A DNA stretch of 64,000 nucleotides, from the NCBI RefSeq assembly GCF_009914755.1, contig NC_060947.1; one strand, 5' to 3'. The notes under the pieces are model-generated. The model ran no database searches. It was not told the origin of the DNA and saw only the letters and a program-made list of their open reading frames with translations. Positions 47,223 to 60,475 of the stretch are shown here, piece after piece. The position numbers were made by a program, and so were the translations under genes. Numbering within the stretch: the stretch's first letter is position 1; the number at the start of each line of letters is the position of its first letter. The stretch is from the human T2T-CHM13v2.0 reference genome, Homo sapiens.

Positions 47223-49002
47223 GTCTCCTTTAATTGAGACTCTGAGCCGGGGCTATTTCTGGCGCTGGCACGGCTCCAAGAAGGCTCTCCTAGCCATCAC
47301 TTTTCCACCTACTTCTTAGAGAAGGGAAGATGAGCGAGTCGATCTCGAAGTCCAGCCAGCCCTTGGCCTCCAAGCAGGAAAAGGATGGCACTGAGAAGCG
47401 GAGCTGGGGCAGGCCGCGCAAGCAGCCTCTGGTGAGTCCCAGGACAGCGCTGGGAGGGAGTCAGAAGGAGCCCAGTGAAGTGCCAAAACCTAAGAGACCT
47501 CAGGGCCGACCAAATGGAAGGAAAAACAAGGACGCTGCCAAGACCTGGAAAACCACCACAACTCCAGGAAGGAAACCAAGGGGCAGACCCAAAAAACTGG
47601 AGAAGGAGGAAGAGGAGGGCATCTCACAGGAGTCCTCGGAGGAGGAGCAATGACCGTGCTTGCGTGTCGCCTGCTCCTCACTGGAGGAGCAGCTTCCTTT
47701 TGGGACTGGACAGCTTTGCTCCGCTCCCACCGCCCCCGTCCCTTCCCCAGGCCCACCATCACCACCGCCTCCAGCCGCCACCCCTGTCTTCCACCTGCGA
47801 CTTCACCACCACACTACACAGCACACCAGCAGCTTCAGGGCCCCCATGGGCTGAGTGGGGAGCAGTTTTCCCCTGGCCTCAGTTCCCAGCTCCCCCCGCC
47901 CACCCACGCATACACATGTGCCCTCCTGGACAAGGCTAACGTTCCACTTAGCCGCACCCGGCACCTACTGCGTCCCCACTCCTTTGGTGGTGGGGACATT
48001 GCTTTTTGGGCTTTTGGTTTGGGGGCGCCCTCTCTGCTCCTCCATTGTTCCCTCTGGCTTCCCACAGTGGGGCCTGGGAGGGTTCCGCTGGCCTTAAAAG
48101 GGGCCCAAGCCCCATCTCATCCTGGCCTGCCCTACTCCACTGCCCTGGCAGCAGCAGGTGTGGCCAATGGAGGGGGCTGCTGGCCCCCAGGATTCTACCA
48201 GCCAAGCTGTCTTCCTCACCACGTGGGGCTCACACCTTTCATCCTTCCCCACCTTCCCTAGTCCCTACACTAGGTTGGATAGCCCCCTTTGGCTACAGGA
48301 AGGCAGGAGGGGTGTGAGCCCCCTACTCCCTCTTTGCAGTGGCCCCAGCCCCCTTGCCCTCCACCTGGGATCTGAGTACTTATTGCAGTGATGGAAATGC
48401 AGTCACTTATTGTCCAGGTGAGGCCCACAAGCCCTGTGGCCGCCACCTGAGGTGGGCTGGGGCTGCTCCCCCACCCCTACTTGCTTCTCCTACTTGGCCA
48501 TTTGCCCCTCCTCAGATGGGGCACCAATAACAAGGAGCTCACCCTGCGGGCTCCAAACCCTCCTGCTCCTCCCTGCCCCCCAAGGTTCTGGTTCCATTTT
48601 TTCTCTGTTCACAAACTACCTCTGGACAGTCGTGTTGTTTTTTGTTCAATGTTCCATTTTTCGACATCTGTCATTGCTGCTGCTACCAGTGCCAAATGTT
48701 CATCCTCATTGCCTCCTGTTCTGCCCATGATCCCCCAAGATACTCTTCATGGAGAAGAGGGGCTGGAGCATGGCTGGCTGGGTGACCAACTACCCCAGTC
48801 CCAGGGAAGGTGGGGCCCTGCCCCTAGGATGCTGCAGCAGAGCTGGCAAGGGGGCCCGAATTGACCAAAAAGGGCATAGAGGCCACCTCCTCCCCCTGTT
48901 CTGTTGAGGAGGGGTAGCCATGATTTGTCCCAGCCTGGGGCTCTCCCTCTGGTTTCCTATTTGCAGTTACTTGAATTAAAAAACAACTATATCCTTTTCT
49001 GG
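47223..49002 (+). pseudogene. HMGA1: Processed (retroposed) copy of HMGA1 mRNA: partial 5' UTR, ORF and full 3' UTR. Symbol given is the parent gene; the HMGA1P number cannot be assigned from sequence alone
   Basis: Intronless; HMGA1 5' UTR (gagccggggctatttctggcgctgg...cttagagaagggaagATG) and 3' end (atccttttctgg); 17-bp TSD aaaaaaatagtgcacta at 47206-47222 and 49003-49019 at a TT/AAAA L1-endonuclease site; GC-rich island in AT-rich DNA. Confidence 0.97.
47330..47653 (+). CDS. Intact 107-aa HMGA1a-like ORF of the retrocopy (translation not demonstrated)
   Basis: Same length as HMGA1a and includes the a-isoform 11-aa insert; 12 substitutions versus recalled human HMGA1a; AT-hook 3 and acidic tail unchanged. 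Confidence 0.5.
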   Translation: MSESISKSSQPLASKQEKDGTEKRSWGRPRKQPLVSPRTALGGSQKEPSEVPKPKRPQGRPNGRKNKDAAKTWKTTTTPGRKPRGRPKKLEKEEEEGISQESSEEEQ

Positions 49003-49319
49003 AAAAAAATAGTGCACTAATAAATAATAGATGAATAATTATGGAACATCTAGTCTCTTGTTCACAATGAATTGTGCAGACAAAAACTGCATCAACCCTA
49101 TCTTTGTGGGATACTAGGTTACATGCATTGAAACAAGAATTTTGAACTATTTTCTCTCAAGAAACTACTGTAGAGTTAATTTGTTTTCTTTACTTTTTAC
49201 AAAATGTACTAATTATGAATAAACATTTAAAATTTATCCCCAAACAGTTTTTAATTAAATATTTAAATTGCTTGCTATTCAGCAGGAAATTTTTAAAGGA
49301 AACACATTTTTAAAGCTAA

Positions 49320-51200
49320 ACAGACTGAAAATCAACTCACCTTAGATCCATTAGCAAATTGAGGTCACAGGGCAAACTGTAGTTCTTAAAATTAGAGAGA
49401 AAGATAAATACAGATTAATTCTAGTTTACCAGGAGCAAAAGCCACAGCTGAAGACTGGTAGAGTAATTGAATAATTTCTGTAGACTCAGTGGGGACATTT
49501 GAGAGATGAAAAACTCCTAGGAAGTCAGCCTTTGGGGTCCTCCATACTGAATTTTATGACCAGGTTTCATGGGTGAAGATCAGAGAAAAATCTTCTTATG
49601 CTTCCCTCAGGGGGAAGGGAAAAGTAACCATTTTGAAATACCCCCAGAGTGTCTATTCTCATTAACAAAGGACTGCTCTAGAGGGAAACTATTTTTACCA
49701 GAGCCTATCCAATGTGGGTTTTAACAGAGTCTAACTGATGTGGGGGAAGAGAGATACTCAACTCTAACTCCCTCTAGCCTGCTATATAAGGGAAGGAAAA
49801 TATACAAATCCAGTGCACTCTAATGTTCCTGTATTATATAAAGAAGCTCAGAAACAGTTAATAAGGTCACAGCCCAGGGACCCACAGACCCATTAAAACA
49901 CTGAGACCTAAATAGTAAGAATATATTAATAGAATGCTTCTCCTGTGCCCCCATACTACCACATCAACAGGGTTCCTGTATAATAAAAGGGCATTACAGC
50001 TGAAAAGAATTCTAAGGCTTGTAGTCTATTTAAGAAATCTCTAGGAAAACCCAAATACCACAGAGGAGATGAAAACAAAGACACTAGAGAAAATTTTAGC
50101 CTCTGACATCTACAGCTGTAGGAAACAATTAACACAACCTAACACATAGATAAATCTAACACCTCACACAAAAGACCCATTTACCTCAGTTCCTTTTGTT
50201 ACAGGTAGTTAGGCATGAGTGGGACAGGAGAGGGCTCTCCCCTCACCACCCACTAGAAATGTGTGGTGATGGTTTGGCAATTATTGGATTGCCTGTTTAA
50301 AAGTGATAAATTGGCAGCCAGCACCAAGGAGAGGCCAGGTCCTCATGGTCCACACCTGTTAACATTTAACTATTAATTAAAGGCAGGCCCCAGGTAGAAG
50401 CAACTTCCTGGGCATGCACATTAAGAGACAAAAATGGCGCAGTATGCTCTTCCAGGTACACCCTACTGGAAAAAGGAAGAAAGCCTCAGATGGGCATGCA
50501 TATAACTTCCTAAACACACTGCACATGCTCAATTCCAAAGGGTAAGGAGGGCACCATGCATGTGGAAAACCCGTCCTAAGGAAAGAATCATAGGAAAGAG
50601 GCAAGCCTATAAAGTCCCTGAATCAAGGTTAAAAGCCCCCTGTTTTTTCCCTCTTTGACCTTCAGGTGCCCACTTGGGTCTCTTCCACAGGTTCTTTCCT
50701 TTCATTCCTATTCTAAAGCTTTTTAAATAAACTTACACTCCTGCTCTGAAACTTACCTTGGTTTCCTTTTCTGCTTTATTTCCCTCGGTCAAATTTTTTC
50801 TTCTGAGGAGGCAAGAATTGAAGTTGCTGCAGATGCATGTGGACTTGCCACCGGTAACTCGAGGTAGCTCACAAAAAGTGGACAACATGCAAGAACAGAT
50901 GTATAATGTAAGCAGAGAGATGAAAACTCTAAGAAACAACCAAAGGAAATGCTAGTAATCAAAACCACTGATGCAAAAATGAAGAATGTCTTTGATGGGC
51001 TTATTGGTAGAGCACAAAGAAAAGAAAGTGAATTTGAGGGTATGTCAATGGAAATTTTCATAACAGAAATGCAAGGAGAAAAAAATAATGAAAAATTGAG
51101 CTGTAAAATATGAAATCTAAGAACTGTGGGACAATTACAAATGATGTAACTTACATGTAATGAAAATACCAGAAGGAGAAGAAAGAGAGAAAGGAACAGT
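49320..51200 (+). mobile_element. Old L1 (L1MC/M4-type) 5' region and ORF1 interrupted by an LTR
   Basis: gacaacatgcaagaacagatg...gtaagcagagagatg...aactgtgggacaattacaaa (ORF1). Confidence 0.65.
50197..50870 (+). mobile_element. MER50-family ERV1 solo LTR
   Basis: tgttacaggtagttaggcatgag...; TATA-like cctataaag at about 50607 and aataaa at about 50727; 3' boundary approximate. Confidence 0.75.
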
Positions 51201-51419
51201 TTCTTCTTTTTGGGAAGAAGAAAACATTTTTAGAATAGATAGGGATAATCCAGTGTCTGTTATTCTATTTTTGTCTTCAAACTTGCTGTAGAAGACTCAT
51301 CTCCAAGACCCTAGAAGTTGCTGACCCACAGAAAAAAGGGACCTCTCATTCTGAATTTGTCTTTGAAAAGCTGACCACAAAATAGCCAATTTATCTGTGA
51401 CATAAGAAGAAATACCCAT

Positions 51420-51655
<236 letters not shown>

Positions 51656-53014
51656 TTAAGCCATTGTGATCTAGGGGTTGTTTGTTACAGCATGTATTCT
51701 ATTTTGAATAAGAGACAAAAATAAGACATGATCCTTTTACCTGAGGTCCTTATTGTCTTAACAGTAGAGAGCTCACATACATACATTTTAGAGTTGTCTA
51801 ATATTGTCTTTCTCTTCTATAAGAGCAATTCTTACTTCTGGAAATATAAAATTGTTAAAAGAAAAACCTTAGCCAAATTAAATTTAACAGGGTTTAATTG
51901 AGTAAAGAACCATTCACGAATCGGGCAGCCTCCTGAGCCAGAGTAGGCTCTGAGACTCCAGTGCAGCCATGTGGTGGAAAAAGATCTGTGGACAGAAAAA
52001 GGAAAGTGATGAACAGAAAACAGAAGTAAGGTACAGAAACAAGCAGATTAGTTATAGCTTGTTGTTTGCCTTATTTGAACACAGTTTGAACAGTTGGCTC
52101 CTTCTGATTGACCAAAACTCAAAATTGGCATAAGAGTAGGCTACAGTCTATTTACACTTCCATTTAGGTTATAGTTCACTATGTACAGAGAAACCTTTAG
52201 GTCAAACTTAGAATATATAAGAAGACAGCTTTACGCTAAACATGATTTAACAATTCCCCTCTTTTGGTCATCCTCTCAATTTTGAAAGACTGACAAAAAC
52301 TTTAGTCACTGGTGTCACTATTACCATTGTAAATGTACTTATTTGTTCTCAAAACCCACTGGGAAATAGCAGAACAGTGGGTTTTATAAGGTGGGAATAA
52401 GGACTTCATGTTTTTTTTTTTTTTTGTAAGAGTAAGAGTAGTGGGTACCTCCTTATGCTGCAGTGTCCTGTTTACAAGAGAAAAACAAAACCTGATCTGT
52501 TCTAGAATCTATCTGTTTCCTTAAAGTCTTAGTTTGATTATGTCACATTTAGCATAAGTGGCCCCATTTTGGTTTGGTCTGGTCTGTTGGGGCCTACTGC
52601 AAGGGCTCGGTTGAAAGCGATGACCTCCCATAATTTTGTTTAAAATTTCCCCCTCTGCTCAGGCTCTTACTTTGGTGAGAGTATGACCAAAATTTAGGGC
52701 GTTAACACCACTCTCAATTACCATCATTTTGGGTTTTCAGTCTTAGTACATTATTCATACTTTATGATGCCCTCATAGTAACACATTTCTTTCAGCTGTT
52801 GTCATTCCAGTTGAAGAGACACCATTTGACATTCTAGGGGTGGCTGCATGCAAACATTTAGAGATAATACAGCACACCAAGGAGACTACTATTATGACTA
52901 TCAAGAGGATAATACCAAGAGTTTGGAGTATGCTCCTCAGCCAGGGCCCCCGTAAAGCAAACTAACTAAAATCAAATAGATCAAGGAATGAACTAGATAA
53001 AGAGTATACTCACT

Positions 53015-53411
53015 TTAACTAGACAGCATATTCGTTAATCCCCTCAACTGAATCTCTATAATACCCAATTTATTTCTCCATGGGCAACAAGAAGTGCCAA
53101 CAACTGTACAGATACTTCTCTGTTTAGCCAGTAAGTAATCTAGAGCAATTCTGTTATTTAGCATAACTTTCACAAGAGAATTTAAAGTCTGCTTTGTAAC
53201 CACAGCTTTTATAAGTAGAATCTGCTATAAAGCCTATCATGAGGAATACATTTCTAATTATTGCCTCATTTACTCCAAACTGTGAAATAAAGAACCTAAC
53301 AAGTGATGCCCATCTAGAAGAGTGAAGACCTCCTATCCTTTCATGAACCTCCTTAAAGATGACATACTCTAGGATTTTGTGTGCTTGTGAAGATTTCAGA
53401 AACTGCATCAA
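53015..53411 (-). pseudogene. Frameshifted retroviral env (TM subunit) remnant
   Basis: LNSLVKVMLNNRIALDYLLA (immunosuppressive-domain motif) followed by CTVVGTSCC (CX6CC), typical of gamma-type Env. Confidence 0.85.
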
Positions 53412-53797
53412 AATTAAGCAATTAACTATGGAAATGACTTAAAATGGTCATAGTTAAAAATACAATTGACAAGGAAATTTTGTTATTTCTGTGGTCTACA
53501 ATAACTTAACATAACAACCATGATTATGACTGATAGCATATATTCAGACATGGTAGAATTTTAGAAATCCCATATAATTTTTAAATGTATATTAATAACA
53601 TTTATTAAAACACAACTTGAAGGTTTAACATCAATTTCTTATTTGAACACAAATATTTTACTCTGTCATTAATACTACATAAAATTTTTGCTCAAAAAAG
53701 AAAACAAAATTTTACTTTTGTATTAGTGTATTATCAATACTAAAGCTGATTTTAACAAAACCTCATAAGTAAATTTATCAAATCTGTCGTCTTTTAA

Positions 53798-54214
<417 letters not shown>

Positions 54215-54401
54215 TAACCAGACAAAATTTTTTAACAAACACATATTTTTATGACTTTATAACTTTTCTTATCAAAAGCATATCTTGCTTTTGTTTATAC
54301 ACTCTGAATACAGAATTGTTTCTTTCCTATCTAGGATCTTTAATTACATATATTAACTAGAATTTGAACTCTTAGTAGCCCTAATTTGTAGTGAAAACCT
54401 T

Positions 54402-54841
54402 TGTGAAAGAAAAATATCTTGGGCCGCTTCAAAAACTGCTCAGGTCAAATCTGCGTCCCATTCTATTCAAAGTCATCCCTGGCCTCACTGAGATAGATGC
54501 ATATCTTATTGCCTCCTTTGGAAAGCCTAATCAGAAACTCAAAAGAATGCAACTGTTCCTTTGTCTTTCACCTATCTGTAACCTGGAAGCCTGCTCCCTG
54601 CTTTGAGTCTGCCTGCCTTTGCTTCAAGTTGTCCTGCCTTTCCAGGCTGAACCAATGTACTTCTTACATATATTGATTGATGTATTATGTCTCCCTACAA
54701 TGTATAAAGCTACACTGTGCCCCAACCACCTTGGGCACATGTCATCAGGACTTCCTGAGGCTCTATCATGGGCACACGTCCTCAACCTTGGCAAAATAAT
54801 CTTTCTACATTGAGACCTGTCTCAAATTTTCAGGGTTCACA
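54402..54841 (+). mobile_element. MER4A-type solo LTR
   Basis: tgtgaaagaaaaatatcttggg...ccaccttgggcacatgtcatcaggac...gggttcaca. Confidence 0.85.
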
Positions 54842-54971
54842 CCTAAGTAATTTGAACTATTTTATATCAATATTTGTAAATAAAAACCATTTTAAAATTT
54901 TTTAGAAAGACAGTTCTTCAAATTATTGTTTATTAACAGATCTAAATATATTTAGCTTTTCTGTACCATAT

Positions 54972-55704
54972 TGTTACCAGGGGTCCTTGTTCTTAGAGCT
55001 CCCAAGATGGTGGCGGGCTGCTTCCAAGATGGCGGCAAGCCTCTTGTTCTCTGGCTTGGGGTTCTTGGCCTCACAGATTCCAAGGAATGGAATCTTGGGC
55101 CATGCAGTGAGTATTATAGCTCTATTCAGCTCGATTAGGACAAACCCCAGGCACCTAGCCCACGCAGGAACAATGGCGAGCCTCTAGCCCGATTGGAAGT
55201 GGCAATGGATGCCACCTTGCTGGATCAGAAGTGCAGCAGACACCCTGCCGGATCCAGAGGGGGTGGAAGTCAGCCGTGGGTCTGCGAGGGCGGCAAACAG
55301 CAGTGGCGGATGGCGAGCGAAAGCTCAGCTCAAGCCGTGACAAACATGGACCAGAAGAGTGTGCAGTTGCAAGATTTAATGGAGTGAAAACAGAGCTCCC
55401 ATACAATGGGAGGGGACCCAAAGGGGGTTGCCATTGCCTGCTGGAATGCCTGGGTTTATATCCTGATCATTGTCCCTCCCCCTGTACTCTCAGGCGATAG
55501 ATGATTGGCTATTTCTTTACCTTCTGTTTTTGCCTAACATTCTGTTTTTGCCTAAGAGCATTTTAGTGAGCTCCCTTTACTACCCGATTGGTCGGGTATG
55601 AGTTAAATTGCAAGCCCCATGTTTAAAGGTGGATGTGGTCACCTTCCCAGCTAGGCTTAGGGATTCTTAGTCGGCCTTGGAAATCCAGCTAGTCCTGTCT
55701 CTCA
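54972..55704 (-). mobile_element. LTR17 (HERV-W) solo LTR
   Basis: Reverse complement begins tgagagacaggactagctggatttcc..gccgactaagaatccctaagcctagctgggaaggtgacc; 4-bp TSD atat. Confidence 0.92.
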
Positions 55705-56127
55705 ATATGAAAATAACATGTCAAGGTAAATAGACTTAAACTAATGTTTAATAATTGATATTTCAGTATTTTAGCTTAAAAATGACTCAGAAATTTTATA
55801 CTTATCTATTACTTAATGTAACATAACATGACTTCAGGATTTTAAATTACTGAAAATAATTTTGAAAATATTACACAGGTGCCTGCCCTAATGTCTTCTC
55901 CCAGTCATCCTGGGTCTCAAGTAGCCACATGGCACCCAGGAGGACTATGAAGTTCAGGGCCTGTCTGGGTCCTGAATTTACATACCAGGTGTAGAGGTCA
56001 GGACAGAAGACAGACAGAGCTATGAAGAATATACCCGGTGGATCCAATCCCTCCCAAAATAACCAGTAGACAAGCAGGAAAAATGGGGAAGGAGGAGAGC
56101 ATATTGGGCTTGATTCTGGCTTCTAGC

Positions 56128-56718
56128 TGTAAAAAGTAAAGTAGAGGTTCCTCTTCAAAGAGACTTTCCTCCCCATCTAATTAGGAATAAATAGTAACTT
56201 CTCTTGGAAGCAAAATTTATTCAAAGACCTGTGTTAACATTCTTAAATATCTGCTAGCCGTAATAAAGAAGTCAAGGTACTTTATGTTCTTAGCTCCCAC
56301 AATTTAGCCTAAATATTTGCCCTGGCATGCTTATACTGGTCCAAGCAAGCATTAGGTCATAGCCTGTTTCTGTTCCTTATTTGAAGGTGTTTTTACCTTT
56401 CTCAGCATTCCACAAGTTACTTCCTCCTTCCTTTGTTCTCCTCTGCCTTTGCCTCTTTTAAAAAGTTCTAAGTTGCTAGCCAATCAGGACAAATACAGAA
56501 TGTGAGGTCCCGTTCCAGCCAATGGAAACTGGACACAGCAGTAGGGTGGATGTGTCAGGTTATAAATGACCCTGTCTCCTTTGTTCGGTGTACTCTCATG
56601 GCAAAACTGCTGGTGAGTGTACCCTTTCTGCAGAAAGTAAAAATGGCCTTGCTGAGGAAATTAAATTTATATTCAAGTGCTATTTCTTTATGGCACCAGG
56701 GAACAAGCATTTCAAACA
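56128..56718 (+). mobile_element. LTR10 (HERV-I group, LTR10C-like) solo LTR
   Basis: tgtaaaaagtaaagtagaggttcctcttcaaag start, CCAAT boxes, tataaa, ends caaaca; 4-bp TSD tagc. Confidence 0.8.
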
Positions 56719-57095
56719 TAGCTGCTGGTCTAAACACTAAGAACATGTTTCCAGACTTCATCATGACCACCTATCCAAACTCCTAAATCCAGAGGCTCTA
56801 ACTAAAGACAGCTCACGGTCAAATAAAGCAAGTATCCAATTATATTTAACTGATAATTTTGAAACCATTCCTATTTTACTTACAATTAAAACTAGCTTTA
56901 TTTACCAAATATTATCACAGACACATAACACATGTAGATATTAAAACACACAGAAGAAGATCTTATAACTTTTGTAAAGGATTTTCATTTGCCAGCTTTT
57001 AAATAGTTTTTTTTCTCCATTCATCTATTTCATTGCTCTAAGCAATTGTTAACTAGGCAACAAATTGCATTTCTAAAGGGACAACTCTTAGTTGT

Positions 57096-57132
57096 CACAC
57101 ACACACACACACAAAATATATATATATATATA
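57096..57132. repeat. (CA)n(TA)n microsatellite
   Basis: Direct inspection. Confidence 0.9.
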
Positions 57133-59825
57133 TTTCATAAGCACAAACTTAAGATTTTAGGCCTAAATATTGTATCATCATTTGCTCAAACCAAGAAAAA
57201 TAAAACCGTGATCAAGTAAAAGATAACTCAAGACAAGATGGCCAGAAAAGCATCTTAAACAGAGGTATGATTATGTACATTTAAAAGAATAGTAAGAGTT
57301 CCTAATGTATATAGGTAGACATCCTTAAAAATGGAGATTTCCTTTATAGACATAAATTTCTTTAACAAAAGATTTTTTAGAGCACCAATTAAATTCCAGA
57401 AAGGTGTATCTTAGTTCAATACATGGTCTTTTAAAATTAGCTACTGTTTCTTAGCTAAAATTACTGAGTTCTTGGTGGAACCCACTAAGGAATGGGGCAA
57501 AGAAATCATTGTCTACGCTTGCACTCAACATAGATAGATATGAAAATGAAGCAAGCCTATTTTACCTGAGAGATTACTTTTCATACACACTTTATCTAGG
57601 ATAGCTTTCTTTCCATTTTCAGTGCAGGATAGTAACTAAGCCAAAAGGTTAGCAGATTTAATTTTTCTTATCAGTTAGTCACTTAATCTGTTTATTTGCC
57701 TTTTATAAACAGTATTTAAATAATAAAAGACTTTGCAGCTTTTTTAGCCAGTGATTTTTTCCCTACCTAAGCATGAGCATACAAGAAAGAAGAAACAAAG
57801 GGGGTAGAACACAAAAATCCCTGTGAATTTCCAAAAGCCAAAGTTTACACCCCTTGTAATATTGCCATTGACTACAGGTTTCTTTCTGACTCAGTCAGAC
57901 TTATAAGAGGCCTCTAACTGGAACCAAGACACTTAATTATCAGATCCAATCTGATCCTGGACCCAGTCCAGTTTCAATTGCAACTTCCAAACCCAATTTA
58001 AATCCAAAATTTGCTCAAAGAAATTTGGAGAGCTCAAAACACAAATCTGTGGAGCTCTGGAATCCAAGAGAGAACTTACCACAATCCCCAGTTGCTGTAA
58101 AAGAGCAATGGACACAATGGGCCCAGCGGGTACCTTGCTTGGTCACTTGGTGATCTTGGAGGTTGCTAGAAACTCTGCTTTAGATCCCACATCTGACACC
58201 ATCTGTTAAAAAAATCTTGGCTGAATTAAATGTAACACAGTTTAATTGAGCAAAGAACAATTCACAAATCAAGCAGCCTCCTAAGCCAGAGTAGGCTCAG
58301 AGGCTCCAGTGCAGACACATGGTGGAATAAGATTTATGAACAGAAAAAGGAAAGTGATGTACGGAAAAAGAAAGTGAGGTACAGAAAGAGCCAGATAGGT
58401 TACAGCTCGCGTTTGCCTTATTTCAACATGGTTTGAACAGTTGGCCACGTTTGTTTGGCCAAAACTCGGTGATTGGCACAAGAGTAGGCTACAGTCTGTT
58501 TATACTTCCATTTAGGTTATAGTTCACAATGTACAGAGAAACCTTTAGGTGAAACCTAAAATATGTAAGGAAGCAGCTTTAGGCTAAACTTGATTTAACG
58601 TATATAACATAGAACATAACACTTCTGTATTGCTTCTTCCATTAAATTATCTGTCTTCCTCTCTAAATATTTTAAGATACTTCAGCCATACCTTGGATCA
58701 TCGGTACCTAGTAGAACTCCTGGTGCCTGATAGGCACTCAATACATATTTGATGAATAAATAAATGAATGTGTTCTACGTGGAATCTAAATCTGTCAAAC
58801 AAAAAAAGCACTTGACAAACCTCTAAGAATGACAGTGATGTATTAACACTTAGAAGATATTTCTGGTGAAATTTCTAAATTCTTATGTGTTGCATGTAAC
58901 TTTATTTTTTTAAATTAAGACACATAACAATATAAAATTCAGTTGTATTCCCTTTTCCCATTAATACCTTTATCTCATCTTATCTGAATATTCAGAAACA
59001 TGCCTTTCAAATTCCACATATGGAGGAAGCTAGTCAAAAGTTAAAACTGAGTTATTTTTTGAAGGAGGAAGCATGCATATAAATCTAGAACATATAACTA
59101 TGTCCTGCATATTCTTAGAGGTACAAATTTAAATCACTGATTTCATATTCCAAGTATATGTACTAACAATTTATCAAATGACAAAATAGATAACTCAATA
59201 TAAAAAGGACATTTCTAAATCTATGCTTCTGTCATTATGTATTCTAAAACTTTACTTTAGTCATTAATATAAAATTATGAGTACCATCATCTTTTTTTTA
59301 AAAGTAAACTGATTGTGAAATTATATATTGAAGTGTTGCAGAAAATGTTCCTGTTTTCTTCTAATGTTTAATGAATATTAGCAGCATAAAAGAAACTATA
59401 TACTTGCATCCCTTCTAATTTCATCTATTTAAAAAAAACAGAAACCTAAGAGATGAACTTAACAGAATTCAATATCAAGTAACTTATCTATTCATATCAT
59501 AAACTTGATAGTTCAATGAATAAATTATAGAAGATAGATTAATAGAGTAAAATATCAGGAATTCCATGGCAAATCAAAGAGGACAGAAAGTAATTGGTCA
59601 AGATTACAACCCAAAGTCGAATGATTTTACTAATGCCTGCAATCAGAAATAGGGTTTTGATAGAGAGTTTATAAGTTACATAAAGTAAGAAATATTTTTC
59701 ATCATAAATAGTTTCCTATAATTCATATAGAAAATTAACAGAAAATATTTTAGGTAGCTTTTAGTCTCAATTCTATATTGGCTTTTGGGTTGTATAAATT
59801 TATTTAAAGAAGATTTTCATGGAAT

Positions 59826-59873
59826 TATTGGGTTGTTCCAAAAGTAATTGTGGTTTTTGCCATTAAAAGTAAT
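59826..59873. mobile_element. MADE1 (Hsmar1 MITE), one arm only
   Basis: ttgggttgttccaaaagtaattgtggtttttgccatta resembles the Hsmar1 TIR; second arm absent. Confidence 0.75.
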
Positions 59874-59875
59874 AA

Positions 59876-60204
<329 letters not shown>

Positions 60205-60339
60205 TAATTTAAATTCTTAATTTCTAAGTACCTTTCTTAAATATTATGTGTCTGTATCCTCATTCTTACTTTATGTATTAAGTTTGTAAAATTAAATTAA
60301 AAAATGATTTTCTTATAAATACATGAAATCAGTGTCTGA

Positions 60340-60475
60340 AAGTTTTTATATGCCTTGGGTTTCCTCATATGTAAAATGAGTACATTGACTAATAAATTGA
60401 TAGAATTAAATAAAATATGCATAAAGCAATTAACACAATATCTGGCATATAAAAGTATCAAATAAGTGTCAATAA
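60340..60475 (+). mobile_element. MIR remnant
   Basis: ttcctcatatgtaaaatg...taaagcaattaacaca...tggcatata. Confidence 0.6.

Noticed and set aside
47475-48864. Many overlapping ORFs up to 203 aa
   Set aside because: Alternative frames of the GC-rich HMGA1 CDS and 3' UTR, where stop codons are scarce because of base composition
47223-49002. Assigning a specific HMGA1P number or chromosome band
   Set aside because: The substitutions resemble those I recall for the ORF-intact HMGA1P1/P2 class, but the locus cannot be verified without a BLAT search
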